64,000 nt of DNA from an uncultured Candidatus Binatia bacterium (GTDB lineage Bacteria > Desulfobacterota > Binatia > Bin18). The stretch is from positions 32,001 to 96,000 of the forward strand of contig OZ243961.1 in the NCBI GenBank assembly GCA_965214605.1. Reading direction: 5' to 3'. Within the stretch, counting starts at the first letter, position 1. Each line of letters opens with the position of its first letter. This document shows, piece by piece, positions 48,556 to 56,867 of this stretch. A program made the position numbers and the translations under genes. The notes below the pieces were generated by a model. The model ran no database searches, had not been told where the DNA came from, and was given only the letters and a program-made list of their open reading frames with translations.

Positions 48556-50033
48556 CAGTGCGTCCTAGCGGCCGTGATTTGCGCGGACCAGAGGGTGGGA
48601 GGGGCGGTCAGGTGGCCCGTCCAGTGCCCGCCTAGGGCCCGATAGAGGCCGGCGCGATTGCTCAGCAGGCGGCGTTTTTCGTTGATCAGCCGGCGTTGCA
48701 GACCTTGTAAGGATTGGACGGCGATCAGGACGGTCACATAGTTGACCAGACCGTGCATATAGCGTGACTGGGACTCTTGTAGCGTTGCTTCGGCCAGCGA
48801 ACTCTGATTCTCCAGGTTGGCGATCAACTCGACCTGAAAACGTTCCCGCGCCAGGGCGTCTTCAATTTCGAGCAGAGCTTGCAGATACCGCTGGCCAAAG
48901 CGGTCGAGCAGCTCTTGGACGACCGCCTTGTGGCGCAAGACCTGGTTGCGACGCTGACCACCGTCAATAACCGGCGCAACCAGGTTGCCGACTAGGGATC
49001 CGACTTCTTGGCGGAAGACGCTTGAGAAGCTGCGGGCGCTGAACTCGTAGGAGAGGTCAAGGACCAAGCGCGGCAGCCGTTCGGCCACCGCGGTAGCAAC
49101 CCGAAAGTCCGCGGCCTGCAGGCGGAGCTGAGCGGAGCGCAGGTCCGGCCGAGCCATCAGCAGCTCGGCCGGATCGCCCAACTCGGGAAACGGGGGCAGG
49201 TCGGGCAGGTCCCCATCCGGAATGCTGGGGTCAAGCGTTCCCGGGGAGGTGCCGAGCAGCACGGCTAATTGATTGTAGGCAGTACTGAGAGTTGAGCGGA
49301 CCAGAGGAATTTCGGCCTGGGTGGCGGCCAACTGCTGGCGCTGCTGCAACACATCAACCGCGGAGCCGGCACCAACCCCAAAACGCACTTCGGTCAGATC
49401 GAGCAGGGACTGGCTGACCTGAATTTGCTCTTCCAGTAAGGCCAGCAGTGCCTTCTGTTCCTGAAGAATGAACCAGACGTCTACCACAGAACCGGTCAAA
49501 AGGATCGCGCTGGCTTCAACGTCTTGACGGCTGGCCTGATACTCCAGCGCGGCCGCGCGACGGCGGGCGGCAATCCGTTTCCAGACGTCAATTTCGTACG
49601 ACAGACCGGTGGACACAAAATAGCGGTCGGTATGGGTAATCCGGGTGGACGGTCCAGCCTGTCCGCCGAATGGGACTTGGGGGTCGCGGTCAACTTGGTG
49701 GGTTCGGGCCGCGCCGCCGCTCAGATTGACCCGCGGGAATATCTCGGCGCCCTCGATCCGAGCCTGGGCGTAGGCCTGAGTGAGGCGGTTCCACAGTTGT
49801 CGGAGCTCCAGGCTGTTTCCCAGGGACTGTTCGACCGTCGCGTTGAGCGCCGGGCTGTTAAATTCCTCCCACCATTCGCCGATCACCCGGGTGCCGTCCA
49901 TGGCGTGATGATAGGTTTTCAGCATCGGGACTTCGGGCCGGTTCAGAGTTCGCACCTGATATGGGCTACAGCTGTTAGTCACAAAGGCTAGGAGGATTGA
50001 GCAGACCAAAGCTTGTAGAGATGTTGTCCACAT
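48555..50033 (-). CDS. Outer-membrane efflux lipoprotein (TolC/NodT family)
   Basis: Lipobox-like TNSC, WWEEFN...L, SYEID.W, P.ELL.RPDL. Confidence 0.9.
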   Translation of the reverse strand: MWTTSLQALVCSILLAFVTNSCSPYQVRTLNRPEVPMLKTYHHAMDGTRVIGEWWEEFNSPALNATVEQSLGNSLELRQLWNRLTQAYAQARIEGAEIFPRVNLSGGAARTHQVDRDPQVPFGGQAGPSTRITHTDRYFVSTGLSYEIDVWKRIAARRRAAALEYQASRQDVEASAILLTGSVVDVWFILQEQKALLALLEEQIQVSQSLLDLTEVRFGVGAGSAVDVLQQRQQLAATQAEIPLVRSTLSTAYNQLAVLLGTSPGTLDPSIPDGDLPDLPPFPELGDPAELLMARPDLRSAQLRLQAADFRVATAVAERLPRLVLDLSYEFSARSFSSVFRQEVGSLVGNLVAPVIDGGQRRNQVLRHKAVVQELLDRFGQRYLQALLEIEDALARERFQVELIANLENQSSLAEATLQESQSRYMHGLVNYVTVLIAVQSLQGLQRRLINEKRRLLSNRAGLYRALGGHWTGHLTAPPTLWSAQITAARTH

Positions 50034-50057
50034 GGTCGATGATACACGTCAGGCTAG

Positions 50058-50753
50058 CTATTCCATCCCGTTTCTATTTTTCCCGATCTGCTCTGCCTGA
50101 GCTCTAATGCCGGCCAGCGAAAAGTCGGCAATATGCTTGGCCAGGTCAGAGATGATAAGCGGATCGTGCTGGAGAAATCTCTGAATGAGTTCAAGCTGTT
50201 GATGGGGAGCGTGGTGTTGAAAACGTTCGATGATCGGCCGCGAATAGCGGTAGATCAGGCATTGGCCGAACACACTGTTGCAGCACAGCTGGACGAGCGG
50301 ATGAGCTTGGCTGACGTTTAGAACAGCCGCAATCAGAGCTTCGCCAGCCGCATAGATGGGCTGCATGGAGCGCTCAAAAAACTCGTCGAAGGCTGGCGTC
50401 GGGTTCTGCAACTCTTTGACAATCAACGCGTAGACGGCATGTCCTCTAGCACCGAGCATGCGCTCGGCATTCCAAGTGATCCAGGTCCGCAGCTGTTCTT
50501 GTGGATGGCTCGGATCATCTGCAAGTTCAGGCATGGGACGTGGCGGCTTGGCGTTTTCAAAGGCGTGCGACAACACTGCCTTGTAGAGTTCCATCTTGCC
50601 GCCAAAATGATAGTTCACGGCCGCTAAGTTGGCTCCCGCGGTCGTGCAGATTTCGCGTATACTGGCCGCGTGAAAGCCTTTGTTGACAAAAATCTCGGTG
50701 GCGACCGCTAACAATTTCTGGCGAGTCGTCTTGCTTTTTTCTGTTAAAACCAT
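50058..50753 (-). CDS. TetR/AcrR-family regulator (CerR/DUF1956-type C-terminus)
   Basis: TRQKLL..A..IF..KGF...SIREIC..AGAN.AAVNYHFGGK HTH; ends HIADFSLAG. Confidence 0.9.
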   Translation of the reverse strand: MVLTEKSKTTRQKLLAVATEIFVNKGFHAASIREICTTAGANLAAVNYHFGGKMELYKAVLSHAFENAKPPRPMPELADDPSHPQEQLRTWITWNAERMLGARGHAVYALIVKELQNPTPAFDEFFERSMQPIYAAGEALIAAVLNVSQAHPLVQLCCNSVFGQCLIYRYSRPIIERFQHHAPHQQLELIQRFLQHDPLIISDLAKHIADFSLAGIRAQAEQIGKNRNGME

Positions 50754-50785
50754 TTCAAACGATCGTTTCAAACGATCGTATCATA
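50753..50785 (-). promoter_or_regulatory. Probable TetR operator next to a -10-like box
   Basis: Tandem tttcaaacgatcg x2 (50753-78) containing palindrome aaacgatcgttt (50757-68); TATGAT on the minus strand at 50785-80. Confidence 0.65.
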
Positions 50786-50922
50786 CTGTTGTTGACAAAC
50801 AAGACCATTTCCTGTCCTCAGCACACAAAATCGCAGACACGGGCCGGCGCTGTCGGTCTTGATAGGCGCGGTCGTCTTTTGATGGTATGAGCACGTGGTA
50901 ATATACCATAGGAGGTCCGACG

Positions 50923-51141
50923 ATGGGGGGAAGTGAATCGTACGGGGGATTTATTATTGAGCCACGCTCAAAACAGCTCGAGTCGGGGGATTGGCAGCCT
51001 GGATCACGCGTGTTCCGTTTGCTGGACGGCGTGGTCCATGAATATTTCCCGCTCAGCGAGTGCGGCCGCTGCTTCCCGAGTGAGGAAGCGGCCGATGATT
51101 TTGCTCTGGTGGAGAGCAGGGATTGGGTCGATCGTCATTAG
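50923..51141 (+). CDS. Small hypothetical protein (72 aa)
   Basis: RBS aggagg 6 nt upstream; globular composition; Y.G..I.P......G.W...F.SEE.A...A......WVD pattern. Confidence 0.6.
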   Translation: MGGSESYGGFIIEPRSKQLESGDWQPGSRVFRLLDGVVHEYFPLSECGRCFPSEEAADDFALVESRDWVDRH

Positions 51142-51167
51142 TGCTACACGATCAAGCGAGGTTTCCC

Positions 51168-52322
51168 ATGGCAAAGAAAAAAATGTTGGTTGCTGGGGCA
51201 TCTGGACTGGTAGGGTTTGCTGCGGTCAAGCATTTTGCCCAGCTTGAGGATTGGAGCGTGGTTGGCGTGTCGCGCCGGATCCCCGACGGCCTACAGGGGG
51301 CGAGCGTCATTTCGGTTGATCTCCAAGACAAGGCGCAATGCGCCGCGGTCTTTGGCAGGATGTCTGACGTGACCCACGTGATCTATGCCGCGTTGTATGA
51401 GAAGCCGGGTCTGGTCGAGGGCTGGTTTGAGCAAGACCAGATGCAAACCAACCTGGCCATGCTAGACAATCTATTTGACCCGCTTGAGGCGGCGGCCAAA
51501 GACTTGCAGCACGTCTCGCTGCTACAGGGCACCAAAGCCTACGGCGTCCATATTGAGCCGTTTCCGGTCCCGGCCCGCGAGCGCTGGCCACGTCATAACC
51601 ATGAAAACTTTTACTGGCTGCAACAAGATTATTTGCGCGACCGCCAGATTGGCAAGCCGTGGCATTGGACGGTCTGGCGCCCGCAGCTTATTCTTGGCGA
51701 GTCGCTCGGAAGCCACATGAACATCTTTCCCGCCCTTGGGGTCTATGCCGCGCTGCGAAAGGAAGCCGGACTGCCGCTCTCTTTTCCGGGTGGACCGCCA
51801 TTTGTGTTTGAAGCCATTGACACAGAGATCCACGCCCGGGCGTTTGAGTGGGCGGCGACCGCGCCGGCCGCCCAGAACGAAATCTTTAATATCACCAACG
51901 GCGATGTCTTTGTGTGGCAGAATGTCTGGCCGCTCATTGCCGAGGCGTTCGGGATGCAGGTCGGGCCGCCGGAGCCGTGCTCGCTGGCCGAAGCAATGCC
52001 TAAACAAGAGGCGGAATGGGGGGCGATTGTGGATAAGTATGGGCTGCGGGCTCCGAAAAGCCTCAAAGAGTACGTCGGTCAGTCGTTTGTTCTGGCCGAT
52101 TTTTCGTTTGGCTTTGGAAGGAGAGACCAGGCGCCGCCTCCTATGCTGGTCAGCACCATCAAACTCCGTCAGGCCGGCTTTCCCGACTGCATGGATACCG
52201 AAGATTGTTTCCGCAAGTGGATTCAACGTTTTCAAGACCGCAAATGGCTACCGCCGGTGGATGAGGTGGGGCAGAAGAGGGACGTTGAGCACGGAGGAAG
52301 ACATGCCAACCTCAGTGACTGA
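51168..52322 (+). CDS. PRISE-family (progesterone 5-beta-reductase/iridoid synthase-like) NAD(P)-dependent reductase
   Basis: GASGLVG, VTHVIYAA, N..ML.N, LQGTKAYG, NFYW.Q.D, FNITNGD..W..VWP, STIKLRQAGF. Confidence 0.85.
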   Translation: MAKKKMLVAGASGLVGFAAVKHFAQLEDWSVVGVSRRIPDGLQGASVISVDLQDKAQCAAVFGRMSDVTHVIYAALYEKPGLVEGWFEQDQMQTNLAMLDNLFDPLEAAAKDLQHVSLLQGTKAYGVHIEPFPVPARERWPRHNHENFYWLQQDYLRDRQIGKPWHWTVWRPQLILGESLGSHMNIFPALGVYAALRKEAGLPLSFPGGPPFVFEAIDTEIHARAFEWAATAPAAQNEIFNITNGDVFVWQNVWPLIAEAFGMQVGPPEPCSLAEAMPKQEAEWGAIVDKYGLRAPKSLKEYVGQSFVLADFSFGFGRRDQAPPPMLVSTIKLRQAGFPDCMDTEDCFRKWIQRFQDRKWLPPVDEVGQKRDVEHGGRHANLSD

Positions 52323-53451
52323 AATGTTTGGAATTGAGTTGCCTATTTTTGCCTTCACCCACTGCCGTGATGTGGTCGTAGCGGTCAGTAAGGCAGGCGG
52401 ACTCGGCGTGCTTGGGGCGGCGATTCATACCGACGAACGGCTGGAGATTGATCTGAGGTGGATCGATGAGCAGCTGGGCAGTATTCCGTATGGTGTCGAT
52501 TTGATGATGCCGGCCAAGTATGTCGGGGCCGAGAGGGGGGGGCTGGCGCGCGAGTCGCTCGAACAGCTTATTCCTGAAGCCCATAAAAAATTTCTGGACG
52601 ATCTTTTGGAACAGGCGGGGGTGCCCGAACTGCCACCCGACGTGCCGTCGGCCAAGGGGCGTGGGCTGCGCTACTCGCAGAAAGAGGCCAAGGGAATTAT
52701 CGATATTGCCCTGGAGCATAAGGCCAAGTTTCTGGTGAGCGCGCTCGGTACTCCGCCCGCCTATGTGGTTGAAGCCGCGCATAAAAAAGGCATTTTTATC
52801 GGCGCGCTAGCGGGCAAAAAGAGTCATGCCCTGCGGCATAAAGAAGCCCAGGTTGACGTCATCATTGCCCAGTCCTACGAAGCCGGTGGCCATACCGGAG
52901 ACATCGCTGGGATGGTGCTGATCCCCGAGATTGTGGATGCTGTTGCTCCAACGCCGGTCTTAGGCGCGGGCGGCATTGGCAGCGGGCGCCAAATGGCCGC
53001 GGCTATGGCGCTCGGTGCTCAAGGGGTGTGGTGCGGGACGGTGTGGTTGACCACGACCGAGTCTGAGCTAGATCGGATGGCCAAAGATAAGCTGTTGGCA
53101 GCTGACTCAAGCAGCACGGTCCGCACAAAATCCATGACCGGCAAGCACGCCCGCTTTCTGCGCTCCACGTGGACCGATGAGTGGGAGCGCAACGACACAC
53201 CGGAACCGCTTACAACCCCGCTGCAAAGTATCTTGGCCTATAACTACCTGCGCCGGATTGATCGCGGGATGAAAGCAGCGGGAGTGACTGCCGAATCCGG
53301 TGCCTACCAGCTGTACACCTATCCGACCGGCCAGGGCATCGGCGGGCAGAGGGGGCTGCGCTCGGTGCGCGATGTGGTCCGGGATATGGCCAGCGGCTAC
53401 GTTGAGGCTATTGCACGCCTGAACGAGCAGCTTGGCTACGGGGACGAATAA
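52303..53451 (+). CDS. Nitronate monooxygenase-family flavoprotein
   Basis: VSKAGGLGVL, AQSYEAGGH.G, GAGGIGSG, ALGAQGVWCG; RBS ggagg before ATG 52303. Confidence 0.9.
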   Translation: MPTSVTEMFGIELPIFAFTHCRDVVVAVSKAGGLGVLGAAIHTDERLEIDLRWIDEQLGSIPYGVDLMMPAKYVGAERGGLARESLEQLIPEAHKKFLDDLLEQAGVPELPPDVPSAKGRGLRYSQKEAKGIIDIALEHKAKFLVSALGTPPAYVVEAAHKKGIFIGALAGKKSHALRHKEAQVDVIIAQSYEAGGHTGDIAGMVLIPEIVDAVAPTPVLGAGGIGSGRQMAAAMALGAQGVWCGTVWLTTTESELDRMAKDKLLAADSSSTVRTKSMTGKHARFLRSTWTDEWERNDTPEPLTTPLQSILAYNYLRRIDRGMKAAGVTAESGAYQLYTYPTGQGIGGQRGLRSVRDVVRDMASGYVEAIARLNEQLGYGDE

Positions 53452-53576
53452 AGTGTGTCTCTTTGCCCACCACACAGCGGCAAGGAGCCGGTCAAATCGG
53501 TCGGCTCAGGGATCTCCGCCGCGGGAAGACCGTGTCGCTCTTGGTCGCTGGGCCCGAACTTCTCGTCCCCTTTGTG

Positions 53577-54953
53577 CTAACCTCCAGAAAAACTCACCTC
53601 TGGCAGCTCCTTCATGGCACGCTCGATTTCCCTGGTGGGATGAGTGGAACCTTGCAGCGTGCCCGCGTGGTAATCGGCATAGGCCGCCATATCGAAGTGA
53701 CCATGGCCGCTGAGATTAAAGACAATGACTTTTTTCCCTCCGTGTTCTCGGCATTGCACAGCTTCGTCAATCGCCGCACGGACCGCATGGTTTGCTTCCG
53801 GGGCGGGGAAGATGCCTTCTGTCTGGGCAAACATTGCCCCGGCTTCAAAGGCATCTAGCTGGTCGATCGCCACGGCTTCGATCAGGCCAGCGTGACGCAG
53901 CGCGCTGATCTGGGGGGACATGCCGTGATAGCGCAGACCGCCGGCATGGATGGGGGCCGGCACAAAAGAATGGCCTAACGTATACATCTGACAGATGGGG
54001 GCTATGCCGCCGGTATCTGCCCAATCCCAGGTATAGCGGCCTTTTGTCAAAGTTGGACAGGCCGTTGGCTCGGCGGCGATAATTCTGGTCTTTTTGCCGT
54101 TCCTGAGGTTTTCCCGAAGGAACGGAAAGGCAAAGCCGCCAAAATTTGATCCACCGCCCGCACAAGCGATGACACTGTCCGGATACTCGCCGGCCATCTC
54201 CATTTGTCGTAGCGTTTCCTCGCCGATAATGGTTTGGTGCAGCAACACATGGGGCAGGACTGAGCCGAGGCTATACTTGGTGTTACCGTCCGAGGTTTGG
54301 GCGGCTTCGATCCCTTCTGACACGGCAATCCCTAGTGCCCCCGGATGCTCGGGATGCTCGCTAAGCAGCCTGCGGCCGACAGCGGTTCGCTCGGACGGGC
54401 TGGCGTATACCGTACCGCCATAGGTTTCGATCACATGCCGGCGGTACGGTTTCTGCTGGTAGGAAATACGGACCATGTAGACTGCACAGCCAAGGCCAAA
54501 GAAGTTGCAGGCCATTGACAGGGCCGATCCCCACTGTCCGGCTCCGGTCTCGGTCGTCAGGGTCCGGATACCCTCCTGCTTGGCGTAGAAAGCTTGGGCA
54601 ACGGCGGTATTCGGCTTATGCGAGCCGACCGGGCTGCTGCCCTCGTATTTATAGTAGATATGAGCCGGAGTCTGTAGGTGTTGCTCCAAACGACGAGCAC
54701 GGGACAATAGGGTCGGTCGCCACAGCTTGTATATGTCACGCACCGGCTCAGGAATTTCAATATAGCGCTCCTGACTCGCGTCCTGGGCCATGAGCTCAAG
54801 GATGATAAAATCACTCAGAAATGCGGGGGTGATCGGGTGCTTCGTTGCCGGATGGAGAGGAGGCGACGGCGGCGTCGGCATATCAGCGTTGATATTGTAC
54901 CAGGCTCGGGGTATGCGGCTGTCGTCAAGCAGAAATTTTGTCTGATCGTGCAT
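53577..54953 (-). CDS. trpB: Tryptophan synthase beta chain-like PLP enzyme, TrpB2 type
   Basis: WYNI, GSHKPNTA (PLP Lys), TETGAGQWG, GGGSNF, IHAGGLRYHG, PAPE, NLSGHG. Confidence 0.93.
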   Translation of the reverse strand: MHDQTKFLLDDSRIPRAWYNINADMPTPPSPPLHPATKHPITPAFLSDFIILELMAQDASQERYIEIPEPVRDIYKLWRPTLLSRARRLEQHLQTPAHIYYKYEGSSPVGSHKPNTAVAQAFYAKQEGIRTLTTETGAGQWGSALSMACNFFGLGCAVYMVRISYQQKPYRRHVIETYGGTVYASPSERTAVGRRLLSEHPEHPGALGIAVSEGIEAAQTSDGNTKYSLGSVLPHVLLHQTIIGEETLRQMEMAGEYPDSVIACAGGGSNFGGFAFPFLRENLRNGKKTRIIAAEPTACPTLTKGRYTWDWADTGGIAPICQMYTLGHSFVPAPIHAGGLRYHGMSPQISALRHAGLIEAVAIDQLDAFEAGAMFAQTEGIFPAPEANHAVRAAIDEAVQCREHGGKKVIVFNLSGHGHFDMAAYADYHAGTLQGSTHPTREIERAMKELPEVSFSGG

Positions 54954-54990
54954 GGTCGTGTTCCTCATCTCCAAGGGCTGATGTGCCGGT

Positions 54991-55527
54991 TTAGTCCGTC
55001 TGGGTTAGGCCTAAGACCGCCGGCCACAGCTCACGGTCGTGAATAGTATAGCGATACGCAGCGTCGAGGCTGGCGAGCAGGCTGACAACTTCCGGCCGCT
55101 CGGTCCGGTCGCCGTTCCAGTCGCCGGCTTGCTCGACGAGTGTGTCTAAAAAGCTATGCAAAATCCCTAACACCCCGTCGCTTTTCTGGGTCAGGACTTT
55201 CAACATCGCAGCATGGTTGAGGGAAAAGCCGGGCCCTCGGACTAGCCAGCCGGCAAAGCCGGGTTCTTCGGTTGACGCCTGCTGCCACCAGTGGAGCCAG
55301 GCAAAGGCCAGCAGGACTTGATCGGCGGGAGGCATCATGTAGTAGGTCGCGGCCCAGTTCGGGGGAATGTCAGCATCAGGCCCGATGAGCTCTGAGGGGA
55401 GGGCGTCGAGCTGATCCGAGGACGTGAGGTTATTCTGAAGCGCCAAGCGCTCCCAGCGCGACACCGCCCGCCGCAGCAAACGGTCAACCTCAGCATGACC
55501 GGGCGTCCAACTCAAAAAATCATACAT
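54991..55527 (-). CDS. Hypothetical protein (178 aa, 9 Trp)
   Basis: Fills the gap between two co-oriented genes with short spacers; no recognisable motif; no clear RBS. Confidence 0.55.
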   Translation of the reverse strand: MYDFLSWTPGHAEVDRLLRRAVSRWERLALQNNLTSSDQLDALPSELIGPDADIPPNWAATYYMMPPADQVLLAFAWLHWWQQASTEEPGFAGWLVRGPGFSLNHAAMLKVLTQKSDGVLGILHSFLDTLVEQAGDWNGDRTERPEVVSLLASLDAAYRYTIHDRELWPAVLGLTQTD

Positions 55528-55541
55528 GAAGAGGGGCCGGC

Positions 55542-56672
55542 TTAGGCAGCTGTCTCACCTAACGTGTTGCGAGCCGAACCAAAGCGGTTCAAACCGAGTT
55601 CTTCTCGGAAATCGCTGCTTTTGTCCAGCATTGGGTCGCTGACAGCGATTCCGGTCGCGTCGGCAATCCGGACCATTTGCATAAACGTGGCAACGATACC
55701 GGCGGCATCGACCAATCCCTGTGGTCCGATTTCTTCAAGCATCTCGCGGCGAAGGGTCTGCCGCTCAGCCTCGTCGTCGCCCAATACGGCTTCGGCAAAA
55801 CGGATAAGCAGCTTCCCATGTGCCACGCCGCTGTCTTTTGCCAGATCAGTCACCGCGCTCAGATCAAGAGTGTCGGTCAACTGTTGTGTTTGACTGCTCT
55901 CCCGGAGCATGACCACATGGCTCGTCGTTCAATAGAAGCACTGGTTTAGGACCGAGACGCGGGCTGCCAGCAGCTCTATTTGGGCCCGATTAATGGCCCG
56001 ACCCGGGTCACAGCTGGGGTCTCTGACCCGAAACGGGTCCATATACTGAGCTGGGATCAGAGTGAAGATCGACAAACGTACTTCGTCAGGCACGAGGCTG
56101 AGCGCGCGCAGGACGGGTGCGGCGGCACGACCGCCATAGATATCCGCATCTGGACCGTGGACTTCTCCCGGTGGAAGCGTGCGCACCCATTCGCCATTGT
56201 CCTGGGCCAGCGGTGGACGGTAGTGGGAGGGAGTCCCCGCTACAGGCGAAGGCAAAGGGTGGAGGGGAACGGCGAGCGCCCGACAGAAGGTATCGATGCT
56301 GATCGTCCGGACCAACACGCCCAAGGCTTCAACGTAGTGCGTGTCCTGCAGCCCTTGGACTGTCAGCCGCTCGTACCACTCCTTGCTCAGACGGCCCGGA
56401 TCAGTCGTGATGTGGTGAATCATCTCAGCCATGACTTCGGACACAAGGCCGGTCGTGTCATGCTGGCCCTCAACGGCCGATGGGGAGAGGGCTGCGCGGC
56501 GTGCGATACAGAACCGACAGGTGTAGGCTTTGCGCACCTCGGCGGCGATGGCAATCCGTTCAGCACCCGTCCACCAGGTGCCGGGCTCGGCTAGTTTCTG
56601 CCAAATCGTCTCATGCGCGGCCCGGATATCCGCTCGAACTGGGACCAGAGACTGGGCGTACGATACTTCCAT
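55542..56672 (-). CDS. Tandem AhpD/carboxymuconolactone-decarboxylase-fold selenoprotein (376 aa, in-frame UGA read as Sec at 55931-55929)
   Basis: ...QIELLAARVSVLNQCFY-TGA-TTSHVVMLRES... continues in frame into ORF 55542-55916; CRFC in domain 1, CFYU in domain 2; SECIS-like hairpin; RBS aggagg before ATG 56672. Confidence 0.82.
55885..55928 (-). promoter_or_regulatory. Bacterial SECIS-like element
   Basis: 19 nt after the UGA: stem UGCUC/GAGCA with G-rich apical loop CGGGA, plus lower pairing UGUG/CACA. Confidence 0.65.
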
Positions 56673-56867
56673 AACAGGCCCTCCTTCGTCCCCAAGACCA
56701 TGCAGGTGGGGGCGGTGTCTGGCAAGCATTTCGGACATCCGACTGTTCCAGACGTGCGGCTGGCGGAGGCGTGATCTCTGCTTGCATCTTTTTTCCGTTT
56801 GTATAATGTGTTGCGCAATAGTTTGCTAGGACAGGATATCACAGGCGGCAAAAACAAGGAGGATGGT

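Noticed and set aside
51736-52302. N-terminal extension of the 571-aa nitronate monooxygenase ORF
   Set aside because: It overlaps the PRISE gene in another frame; the real start is ATG 52303 after ggagg.
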